DNA of 63,927 nucleotides, counting the filler, from Bigelowiella natans CCMP2755 (lineage: Eukaryota > Protista > Cercozoa): the NCBI GenBank assembly GCA_000320545.1. It is 3 parts of 3 records of this genome, joined end to end, with 100 filler letters (N's around TTAATTAATTAA, not from the genome) between each part and the next. Parts side by side here need not be neighbours in the genome. Positions count along the whole stretch, not along the records: positions 31,509 to 60,703 come from ADNK01000498.1; 2 more parts are not named here. One strand, 5' to 3'. Below, one piece after another: positions 38,978-50,031 of this stretch. The stretch's first letter is position 1, and each line of letters starts with the position of its first letter. Below the pieces are notes generated by a model. That model saw nothing but the letters and a program-made list of their open reading frames with translations. It did no database searches and had not been told where the DNA came from. The position numbers were made by a program, and so were the translations under genes.

Positions 38978-41464
38978 ATGGGAGTAGCTTATGGCTGCCT
39001 AGCATGCAAGGCTCAAAATAGCCTGATTCATGGCGATTGCAAGAAAAAGAAGAAGAAGGAAGAGAAGAAAACAAGGTGTATTAGGAAATATCTCTTGTTC
39101 CCATAAAAAGTTTCTTGTCTAAACTACACGGCATCCCGAGCCCTTAACTTAACTACATCCGAGGCATTCTTATTGGAATTCTTACCCTTCCTAATATTTT
39201 GTTCGAGTAGGAAGAAGTTCAGGGGTAAAAACGGATCATTTCATCCAATAAAGAAGACCTCTGATCGAAACACAACCACAACTGGAGGTGAAACGACGGA
39301 CGATACTGAATGGTAGGTATTAATTCCGAATAGAAAAGGAAAGTCCTTACTCTAACATTAATACTAGGCACGATAAACTATCGAGATGGAAAGTCGAGCA
39401 AGAAATAGTCCAGAAAGAGGAAGATTATCTGAGAAATTTGCAAATTCTCGAAGTGTGCTATCGTGTACCCATGGAGAACAACAGGTATGTTTTATATTAA
39501 CAAAGAAAGACTGGAGGAACTTACATCTATTGATTGAATAATAGTAATACCGGACTCTCTGACGAAGATGTGCGAACGCTTTTCGGAAACATAAAGCAAA
39601 TTCACATCCTGCACATCAACGCTATTGAGAGGCTAAAGAGGGCAAGATTCTCAAAGGATGAGAGTATCACCAAAAAGATTGAGCAAGCTGCTGATGAATT
39701 TCAGATTTATTCGACTGTAAGTACAAATTATCCGCCACTTTCTTCCGTTTAATTGATAGACATTCACTTCTCTCAGTATACCCTTGGCTTGGGGCCTGCA
39801 TTCAAACTTATAATTACTCATCTTGAAGAAGACAACCTATTCAAAGAATTCCTTCGTTCACAGGTAATTAGCAATGAAGAGTCCTTTCAGAAGCTATTGT
39901 AACGACATGAATAACACAGATGAGCGAAGAAACTGAGCTACTTGGAGATGGGGAAGATGCGAAAGGACTGTGGTTTTATCTGAAGTTGCCTTTCACTCAC
40001 CTATCCGACTTGGCAAACCTGATGAGACGAATGGTGGAAGCAACAGCGTGTGAAAATGATGAATACAAGAATGCTTGCATCGCGTATGGAAAGGTACATA
40101 CTGCTTGAAAAAGGGAAAGAACCTCGAGACTTAATAATATATGCATGTGGTTGCAGATTCAAATGATTTCAAATTGGATTGAAAACATGGCTCCCACCAT
40201 ATCAACCATGGTTGCGGAGATTGAACAAAAAGGAGAAATCTTGAGAGGCACCAGTCCTGTTGAAGAAGAAGACGGAGAAGAGGGAAAAGAAGAAGGACAT
40301 AAAGATGAAGAAGAGGAAGGAAAAGAAGGAGAAGTATCCTCCCCACTGCGTTGGAAAAACTTTAAAGCAAAAGAGCAGAGGTAAACGTTTAGTGTAAAAA
40401 AGAAGTAGTCATATCTTGGATTCACCCTTCAGTTTGACATAAAATATTTTGTTTTGTCTTGAAGGTACACGGATGATCAAATGAGAAGAATTAAAGAGGA
40501 AATTGAGAAGCTTGAGTCGAAAATAAGTCTCTTGGATAACTCGATGGCAAATATTGATCGTCGCAAGGAGCTGAATCGGCAGGTAAGATTGCGAAGCTCT
40601 ACAAAGCACTACGACAAATTTACCATTTTAGCTGATGGAAAAATATTCAATTATATTTAGGTGTCTTTGAAGAGAGATGAATATAGCTTCTATAAATCAC
40701 GTGTTCAAAAATTAAGTACCCCCGAGGGTTCTCCCAACCAAGCTTCTGAAGACATGGCCAGTGAAGGTAATTTTAATTTTTATAATGTTCAATCTACGTC
40801 ATATAATGTAAAACAATCTCCTCCTACAAGGTGTGCTCTATTCTCCTCCACGCTTCTCCGAAAACGTTGAAGGTTTTAGCTGAAACATAGTACTCGCCAG
40901 CTTCCTCTACAGGCGTCACTTTGGATTAATAATATCTATCAGAACAAAGTATAATGTTACTTGTATTGTTTGGTAGGCATTTCGAATGTAGTGGAAATGC
41001 AGCAGAGTCCTTCATGCGAAGGGGTGAGGAGAGAAAAACAACCAGGTATAGCTGGTACTTTTTTTCAATCAGAAGAAAGGTGGATGTAACCTTGCGCAAC
41101 TCTGCCTCATTCGCACTGATTGATTCAATCCAGCAGGGAAGCATTTAGTGATGCCTTCGAGGATATTAAAGGTCCTTCACACGATAATATGACTTTTCCA
41201 GAATTGTTGCATTGATATATTCATATATGTCCATAGGAGGTGGATGTGGATCGCAAAGTCCTGAAGCCAAAGCCAATAGCTAATACTCCGTCTATTGCTG
41301 CTGGGAAACTAGCTGCTACTGGAAAGACTCCTAACAGGCTTCAACTTGTCAGTCGCCTTGGCCATAATCGCCAGATTAATGTACTTCATACATTCACAAT
41401 GCCAAAAAACCTTATACACAAATACATATTTACATACACATATTAATATATAAATAAATAAATA

Positions 41465-41510
<46 letters not shown>

Positions 41511-42427
41511 CTGTGTGTGTGTGTGCTTCTCTATGATCATACATAGTTTTTGGGTTAAACTAATGTACCTTATGTTGTATCTGCAGGCAAAACCAAAGAC
41601 ACAAGTTTCTGCTGGAAGCAAGTCGCCATTTCGAAGAATTGTCATTGAAAGCAAGGAAAACGCGAACCACACACCCCTCTCCATGAAGAGGAGGGTAACA
41701 GAAACCCCCCCCGGCTTTTATTCAAAAGAAAACATCCCCATCGGACAGATTGGAGGGATGCATTCGAGATACTCTCAAATGAATTTCAGCTCCCCTTTCA
41801 AGGAAGGGAAACACTCTAACAAAAAGCTACGTAATCGGAGCATGAACGGCTTCTCTGAGAACGTGCTCGACTATGATTGCAAGTGCCCAAACACAACCAA
41901 CCCCGGGAGAAGGGAGCTGTCGTTTGACATGCAGCACATCCTGGTGGAAGCGTTTCGCGATGTAGACGAGCAGCAAAAGGGGGAAATCTCTACCGAGATG
42001 GCTCTCAGCGTAATCATTAGGATTCTCGACCAAATAAATGCCCAGGAAGGGAAGGGTAAGAGAGAAAGAGAGATTCGTGCAGTTATCATGTAAACCTCAT
42101 TGGCTCGTAACTCAGGTGAACTTGTAGTTTCCGATGTGCATGAGAGAGCATCTTGTATGCTTCAGGAGGTAAACAAGTATCTACCTTAATGTGCGTCCAC
42201 GGATTGAGTTACAAGCATGTGTGGTTGTAGGGAATCATGGAAGGCTCCGAAAGCGTTGCTGAGGGAGAATGGGTGAGCCTTTTCCAGCACCTGCCCAAAT
42301 TCGAATGCAAGTAAGTTCAAGTTTCTGATTTTAATCCGAAGATTTGGTTCTGCTTCTGAGCAAAAACTTCCCTTTCAGTGACGCACGTTTGGAGGACGCC
42401 ATTGGGCATATTTTGGGTTCATGCTAA
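38978..42427 (+). CDS. Dbl-homology (RhoGEF) domain protein with helical middle and C-terminal EF-hand-like motifs (multi-exon)
   Basis: RWKVEQEIVQKEEDYLRNLQILEVCY, LSDEDVRTLFGNIKQIHILH and LWFYLKLPFTHLSDL match DH conserved regions. EAFRDVDEQQKGEIS is EF-hand-like. Confidence 0.75.
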
Positions 42428-42949
42428 TCTGAAATACACTATCGTGGTAGACTGCTATTCTTTGAATGGACACATCTGATCAGTCAGCCAAGTGCTGCCG
42501 TGGTTTCTCTCTCTGTTGGAGCATACCTTGAGTAGATGTTGTCCAAACACGTACATTGTATATTAAAATCTGAAGTAATAAACTCAGAAACGAAATATGC
42601 CTTTTCTGTCCCTCTCTCACCCTCCCTAAGTTTGTGTTTAAGTGTGTGAGTACTACATAATATCTATAAATAGGTAAGTCAATATATCTATGTAACCAAT
42701 ATATCAGCTATAATATTGGCGGCCTTTCCACCATCATTTGGTGTCCGTTATAAAATCTTTACATACTCAAATCTAAGTCGACAATCGAAAGAGAATCGAT
42801 AAATTCGGTTGTAAAAACTAGAATTCTTAAGTATGATTTCATGATATCTCTCAAATGCATCATCTGCATCATTCATGAAAAGAGGATTCAAATAATAAAA
42901 TTTACTCGCGAGATATAGCTATTTTGTGTGCGTCTGAGTTCTTGTCGTA

Positions 42950-43780
42950 GTCATCACATGATGTGTATAGTGTGGCTAGTGCTTCATGCACATATACTAA
43001 TATAATTGCTGCGTATCACACCACATGTAGAAATACGGTCAGCGTGCTCGGTCCGGCTACAATAGCGCCTAGATATATGTGATAGACCTATGCATAATGC
43101 TAAAATGCTAGAATGACTAGATGGGCGCTACGCACATCGCATCGGCTGCCAAATACTCAAGTTCTACCATGCTAGCATGGCGCTAGATAGCTAGATATCT
43201 AGGTGTGCTCCATGCTAGCATGCAGTCATATTTTTTTAGCGCAGCTAGCTAGCTAGCTGCAGCTACGCGTAGCATAGCATTCTAACTAGCTAGCTAGCTA
43301 GCTATCGTATATCGCACAATACGTAAAAGCAAAGCTAGCAAGTATAGGCCACATCTAGCTAGCTAGCTAGCTAGCTAGCAGACATTCAGACTAGCAGGCA
43401 GCAGCCATACTAGCATATAGCATGTACGTTATTAGCATAGACACATAAGATATATATACTACATAGCACAGCTACATTACTAGCTAGCTAGATTAGGATG
43501 ACCATTGAAAAAATTTAAACATTTCATTACATCCGTCTCATATGTGCTAGATTATCCGTTTCCCTCGATCCGGCTTTTACGTTTACATATGCATACGCAA
43601 GCGATCTAGCTAGCTAGACCCGCTAGCCCGCGCTGGTCCCTGCGCCCACATATAAGGTCTGTATATTGCCTCTACGCGTGTTACTGCGAGCATAACCGAG
43701 GCGATGGCTGGCGCCAGACTGCCTATCCGGCGCTTCGATCCGTGCGCGCACTCCTTCTAGCTAGCTAGCCTACGGCTATA
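42950..43780. repeat. (GCTA)n / CTAG-rich palindromic low-complexity tract in convergent spacer
   Basis: Multiple GCTAGCTAGCTAG runs (43243-43260, 43285-43305, 43355-43380, 43480-43492). Confidence 0.85.
43495..43537 (-). repeat. Conserved bipartite hairpin motif, copy 5
   Basis: Reverse strand reads GACGGATGTAATGAA-atgtttaaatttt-TTCAATGGTCATCCT. Confidence 0.85.
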
Positions 43781-44116
43781 TCTTGCCGTATTTCTGCTAT
43801 GTATACGCACGGAAGGAACTGGTTATGCCGATCTTGCGCTATAATTAAAAAGCTTGTCATTGTTATTTGCTTGTTTGCTACAATTACACCTATGATTTTC
43901 ATTGCTATGTAACAATTACTTTGCGTTCGATCTTCGCGGGCCTAGTCGTCTATTTGTGGCGAGCAGGTATCGCTAGCTACCAAAGCCAACGTTTTTCCTT
44001 CTAGATATGACGCATGCTGTGCGTCTTTTCCAGCTTAGCTGTATCACTCAGAACACTTGTTACTACTATATCATGACGATACCCCTTGTGCGACATCCCC
44101 ATCACGCAGGCATTTT

Positions 44117-44579
44117 TTAAAAATCTGCTTCAGTAGTAAAGGAGGCTTTTTCCTTCTTCCCCCCCATTACACCTGACATCTGGTACTCTCCAACACGTCG
44201 CTCGAAAAAATTAGTCTGCGATACAACAAGAATTAATGGCACATGAAATTTTAATCAAGACAACACGATGTGTAAAGAGACTGTGCTTTGGCATGATCGA
44301 GGTCTATGCGTGTTGTCGCATTTCAGAATCTGAAAAAGAGACTCATCTACTTGCTTGCACGTTAGTATGTGGATGTACCTTTCCTTCAAGACTGATAATA
44401 TTCATCCAGTCGAAAGGATTCTTCGCATTCCAGATCTTAGCATACCCCAGAGCGACGAGTAATCGGTCTGCAACAAACTCGATGTACCTGTTCGATGATG
44501 TGATGGATGTCACGACAAGGGCTCCATACATCAAACAGAACTATACCTTACCTAAAACTAAAACGCAGTCACTCTCTCT

Positions 44580-44613
<34 letters not shown>

Positions 44614-44620
44614 CATGTGT

Positions 44621-44652
<32 letters not shown>

Positions 44653-44946
44653 TGTAGGATAAACGTGGTGTAGGGTACTACGTTGCCATAAGGCCCGCGT
44701 TCATGCCAATCAAGCCTACAGGCAGCGACTCTGTGATGAACTCCTTCTCGATTGCGACAGCCTAGAGATGCAGTACAGACAACAAAACTGTGTGAAGCCG
44801 TAATACTAAGTAGTAGATATCGAAAGCCCCGCCCTTTCGCTAGAAAGAAGAAGAAGCAGCAGCAGCAGCAGACAGGTGGTGGCTGCAAGTTAAAGTCTGA
44901 TTTGAGAGAGATGATGATGATTTAGGCTGTTGATCCGCCTTTTCGG

Positions 44947-44983
<37 letters not shown>

Positions 44984-45322
44984 GGTGGTAGCAAGTACGG
45001 ATGTTATTCACCTCAGAGATGATCTCGTGGACGGTTTCCTGCGATAGTTTCGAATGCAGCATCGAGTACAGCAGGCAGGCAAAATCGGTGTGAAGTCCTT
45101 CGTCTCTGCTTATGAGCTCATTGGAGAAAGTGAGCCCTGGCATTAAACCGCGCTTCTTCAGCCAGTATATCGAGCAGAAGCTACCGCTGAAGAAGATGCC
45201 CTCGACCGCCGCAAACGCGACAAGACGATGGGCGAAGGTTTTGTGGCTGCCGATCCATCGGAGTGCCCAGTCGGCTTTCTGCAGTTCGCAACCAATAAAC
45301 AATTATGATAATGATGATGATA

Positions 45323-45358
<36 letters not shown>

Positions 45359-47250
45359 GTGATGATGATGCTGGCATGATGGAGGAATGTCGTGATGGTG
45401 TGCGTTGTATGTCGATATACAATCTGCAGTTGTCCAAGTCCTCATCCTCGTACTTATGCTTCTATAACTAAACATCTTCTTGATTATGACGATAACATCA
45501 CCTTTTTGACGGTTGGCACTGTTTCGATCGCGTTGAACAACCGGCTCTTCTCATCAGGGTCCTATAGTAGTGTATGATGAAAAAGGGAAATGCGAACATT
45601 TGTCGGTTGAGCGATAACCACAAAATCATATACACCACTACCAACAACAACATCGACAACAACACAACATTTTATTTTGTCCCCCAGCACAGGACTACTA
45701 GCGTGAAGGCGAGAAAGGAGCTGGTATTCGTACAACATATATTATGTTACTCCAACACCAACACGACCTTGATGTAGCTTTCAATTAGTAAGCCGTAGGT
45801 TTCAGCGTGAATATTCTCCATAGCAACCTGAGCAGCAGTCATAATATGCTTGTCAAGAATACAGTATTGTGTTAAACAACAAGTGCTTCAGGCAGCAGTG
45901 TTTATCATTTTGCACACCTGGAAGCCATAGAAGCACCGCGCTTCTGGGATTTGCACTTCGGCCATGAATCTCACGGCCAAGTTTTCTAGGACAATCCCAT
46001 CAGAGGCAGCGAAGAACGCAAGAACCTAATGTGCGTGCAAAAGCGTGTAAATATGCACATAGCAACCTTTCTATCCTGGATCGCCAGATAGATAATTAGC
46101 CATAATAAAATTAAGATTTTCTTAAAATCATCGATTATCACTAAGCACGAAGACCAATAGTCATAAGAAACAGGATTTATAATCACATTATCAGTGTCCC
46201 TCCTTGAGAGACATACTCCCATGATTTCGCACATTCTATTTCGTCACGTGCTGTACAACATAATGCGTACGAATGTAGTACCATCTTGATGAAATGCTGC
46301 TCATTTGGGTTCAGTTTCGGCCAATCTGTGACATCTTGCGCAAGATCTATTTCCTCCGCTGTCCAAAATGCCGCCTGAAGAGAGTACACTATTAGTCCCC
46401 AAATTATCATCAGACCAGCACATTCGTGGATCTAATACATTCTTATAAACGATCGCCTAGAAGTGAGGCATCACCAAACCATAGGGTCGCACTCTTGGTG
46501 TGATCTATCCTCATTTTAAAGCCCGAGAGTTTGCAATCTACTTATGGATAAAATATAAATACCTGGTGCTGCTTATACATCTTCCAAACCTTATCATACT
46601 TGATCGGAAGGAGTATGAAGCGTTTTTTCGTTTCAGTCAGGATGGGCTCTGTAACTCCGCCACCATTCTCAGTGCTTTCCTCGTCCCCTGCAGATTCTTT
46701 TTCTTTCGGCTTCTGTTCCTTCTCTCCGCCTCTCAGCCACCTGCTCGCACTCCTAATAGAATGACTGAAGCAATCGCTTTCTTCACGATCACGGTGCCAA
46801 ACTCCCATCTGAGATAGACAATCTTAATGAGTCGTAAAATATTCTCTTTTAAAAGAGAAAAGTGCGGAAACCTGCTGCTTCTGCTTTGGCGAAAAACCGA
46901 GCCTCATCCTCCTCGTTTCTGATGAGTGCTGAGGTGCCTCGCCTAGAATAGAACCAACTCACATAATGACAAGCTGTAACTAAATTTTGAGAATGTGATT
47001 CACAGAATTAAGATTCATCCGCTCACTCTACCGGAGAAGGAAACCAATCGTATAGCACAACACCAATTTGGTAGCTAAAGTCTTTGTGGATGTTACAAAT
47101 TGTTGTGTTCAAACCTATCGGACTTTCGATCCTTCCCTTCCTGGGAATAAAGAATAGCCCAATTATGGTGAAGAGCGGTAAAAGGAGCCGCACTCGTACC
47201 CGCAGCCCTACTGCATAGAGAGAAAGGGAAATCACAGAGATTCATATCTG
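44117..47250 (-). CDS. RRM2: Ribonucleoside-diphosphate reductase small (R2/beta) subunit with N-terminal extension (multi-exon; start unresolved)
   Basis: [120 protein letters not shown]. Confidence 0.95.
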
Positions 47251-47860
47251 GAGGTTTTGTGGTTGCCTGAGAGCTGCGGATGGCCACCAATCCGTTCGAT
47301 TGATTTATGTTATTTTAAACCAATTATATTAATATTACTACGAGCACACAGTAGCAGTTTAGAGTTGCTGAACTAAGCATAGGAAGGGGAGAGAAGAAGG
47401 GCACAAAAGCAGAAGCACCCATTGGGTCGGAAAGCTCTCGACACGTGTGGCCGCTGAACTATGTTGTCGTAAGGACGAAATATCGTTGAATTATACTTAA
47501 TAAGCGATGATAGGATCGTCAGCTGAGACAACGATGCGTTTTTAGTTCTGAATCACCATTTTGGAGGACGATATAAGGCAAAATTACCTATATTTTAGAC
47601 AACGACTCACAGCCACAGATTCTCCTAGCGGTGGAATTATCCTGCTTTTTGCCTCTGCGTCTTTAAAACCACAGAGGCCCAGTTGTACAGGTAATAATTC
47701 AATAACGACAACAATAAAAGTATGACGCAGGATTCAATTATTGATCATTCAATTCAGGTAAATACTCCAATCACGTGTCGTAAGTCAAGTCACGTGATGC
47801 TGTTGGTTCTCATAGATAATTACGAATATAAGTTTGCGTCAAAAGAAGAAACGTAATTTA

Positions 47861-48760
47861 ATGGAAAAATCCCCTCTGTTCAATAAACGAGAGGACGAGC
47901 AGAAAGGTTTCAAAACTCAAAAGACCTCGAAAGGTCAGGCGGCACCCGGAAAGGAATGGGCACATGCTCAACAAAGGCAGAAACAGACTTTTTCCCATAT
48001 TCAGCCCAGGAGGAAGGGATTCTCAGGAATTCTCCAATAAGCGGGTCAGTTACTACATTGTAGGTTTGATTAGTTACTATATTGTAGGTTTGGGTGATTC
48101 TTAGGTTGTCATGAAAAGCGTCACTGAATTTCACCTCAAATAATTAGGACACTTAATTCCTCGAAAGTATCTTCTCTCTCAGGGGAATTTGAGGACGAGA
48201 AGGAAGTTCGATTTAGTAGCGATAATCTTGCAGAGTGCAGAAGTACAATAAAACAATACAAAAGTGAGTTAAGACGAAAATTTGGTCCTACAATGCCCTC
48301 CTTCATTCCTCCTGATGACTGAGACTTGAGACTGTAAAGCAACTTTTGACTGAGACATGGAGCAATTCTTCGGAGAAACATACAAAACATAATTAGGACT
48401 TTGTAACGCTATTCTTATGCTGTCGAAAACTATGAGATCCGAATTCAGCGAATACAGATAAAATCACAAACGAGTTGATACATTCATTGGCAGAGGCCAT
48501 GGACAGACATATTTGGCAATACCGTTTATTTGATGGCAAGGAAAATAGCAGTCGTCACTTTACACTGAGGATTTATCACCGTTGAGAGTCTTGGTTACTT
48601 TTGGAATTGGAAAGCACATCCATTTGTTCGTCATTTGCCCATAGCAGTTCGAAGTTTCGCAATGAGATTTGTGAAATTGATACGAACAAAAGTTCAAGAA
48701 CTCGTTTTCTAAAGGAATATGAAATATTTTACAATTCTACGTTATCAGGGGTTATATTTT
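47861..48760 (+). CDS. Small multi-exon hypothetical protein
   Basis: MEKSPLFNKREDEQKGF.., TLNSSKVSSLSGEFEDEKEVRF.., DKITNELIHSLAEAMDRHIWQYRLFD, ..RFLKEYEIFYNSTLSGVIF*. Middle junctions unresolved. Confidence 0.45.
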
Positions 48761-49049
48761 AGCAGAGATGATCATTGTAGCTACGATATCAAATGAAATA
48801 GAGTCTTCTCTGAGCACCCGAACTTAAATGTACAGGAGACATAGGTGACAATAACATTTAGCAATCTATTGGCACAAAACTGTAAAGATGTTAGAACCAA
48901 CAACAACTTAAATTCATACAAACTGGCAAAAAGTTACAAATGTTACGATTATGCAAATTGCTACACAAACCGGACTCACTTGTGAATGAGCAAATTGCGC
49001 AGTAGCAGTATGGTGGGAGGAACAACATTGTTTCATCTTCTGATGATGT

Positions 49050-49760
49050 CACATTCTAGCATTGCTAGATTGCACTCTAGCACTGGACGCAGTAGTCCAT
49101 CTCTAGATCTGCGAGGCAGATCTAGATGGCGCAGCTGGCAGGCATCTGCACAAGCTAGCAAGCTAGCAAGGTCAATAGCACTAGAGGATGCTGCTAGCAT
49201 GCACGGCTGTCTGGCTCTATAGCTCGCTGCTAGAGCTTTAATTTGTGGCATCTTATCATATAATCTGGCAGCTAGCTAGCTAGCATGTTTTAGCGATGCG
49301 TGATGCAGAGCTCTAGCGCTACTGGCTAGCTAGCTAAGATAGCGCAGAGAGCAGCAACACATGAATGCTAGGACATGTACGTACGTACGTACGATACATG
49401 CTACTAGCATGTTGCACCTAGCTAGCTAGCTATAGCTAGCACGCAGCACGCAGCATGCTCTAGCTAGCTAGTGCTAGAGTGCTGCATGCCAGAGCTAGCA
49501 TGTTCTAGCATTCTAGCATTCACACGCGCAAATGCTCTTCTCCTGCTAGCCTGCTAGATTGTCATTCTAGCATTCTGTCTTTTCAGTAGTAGAGTGTCAT
49601 GCATCGACGAGCGAGGAGCGAGCGGCAACAATCTAGTAATGACGGCAAGCAGCAGTTAGCGTGTTTGTGTGCAGTCGAGCAGTGCATGGCTAGATGGAGC
49701 GGCGATGAGCGCAGTATCGCACGTTCTACACTTCTTATTTATGCATGAGTACAACTAGAA
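49050..49760. repeat. (GCTA)n / CTAG / CATG / GTAC-rich palindromic tract in convergent spacer
   Basis: Dense CTAG, GCATGC and GTACGTACGT words between the 47.9-kb gene and KNL1. Confidence 0.85.
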
Positions 49761-50031
49761 AATATTAGAACAAACAATTACAAATTGCTTGTTCACTCTG
49801 ACGTTTTTTTCCGACAGCAACGTATTGTCTATTGTGTTCTTAAAACCCGTGATGCTCTTGATAAATAAGTGTACACGTTGAGATTTTCCGATTTTTGAGA
49901 AAACACGTTGAATTGATAAGATGATACACCACCGAACGGGACGGTTAAACAATAAATATAATGGGTGCAAAAATTAAACATGGATTCGTTGTATGCTCTT
50001 CGCTTCGTGCCGTCAACGGAATACAAAATTA

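Noticed and set aside
43568-43578. ATCCGGCTTTT, resembling part of the Paulinella spliced-leader core as I recall it
   Set aside because: Only 11 nt match, single copy, and no convincing SL-RNA structure or Sm site.
48046-48091. Near-perfect ~23-bp tandem duplication (AGTTACTAYATTGTAGGTTTG)
   Set aside because: Local slippage duplication inside a probable intron, with no wider pattern.
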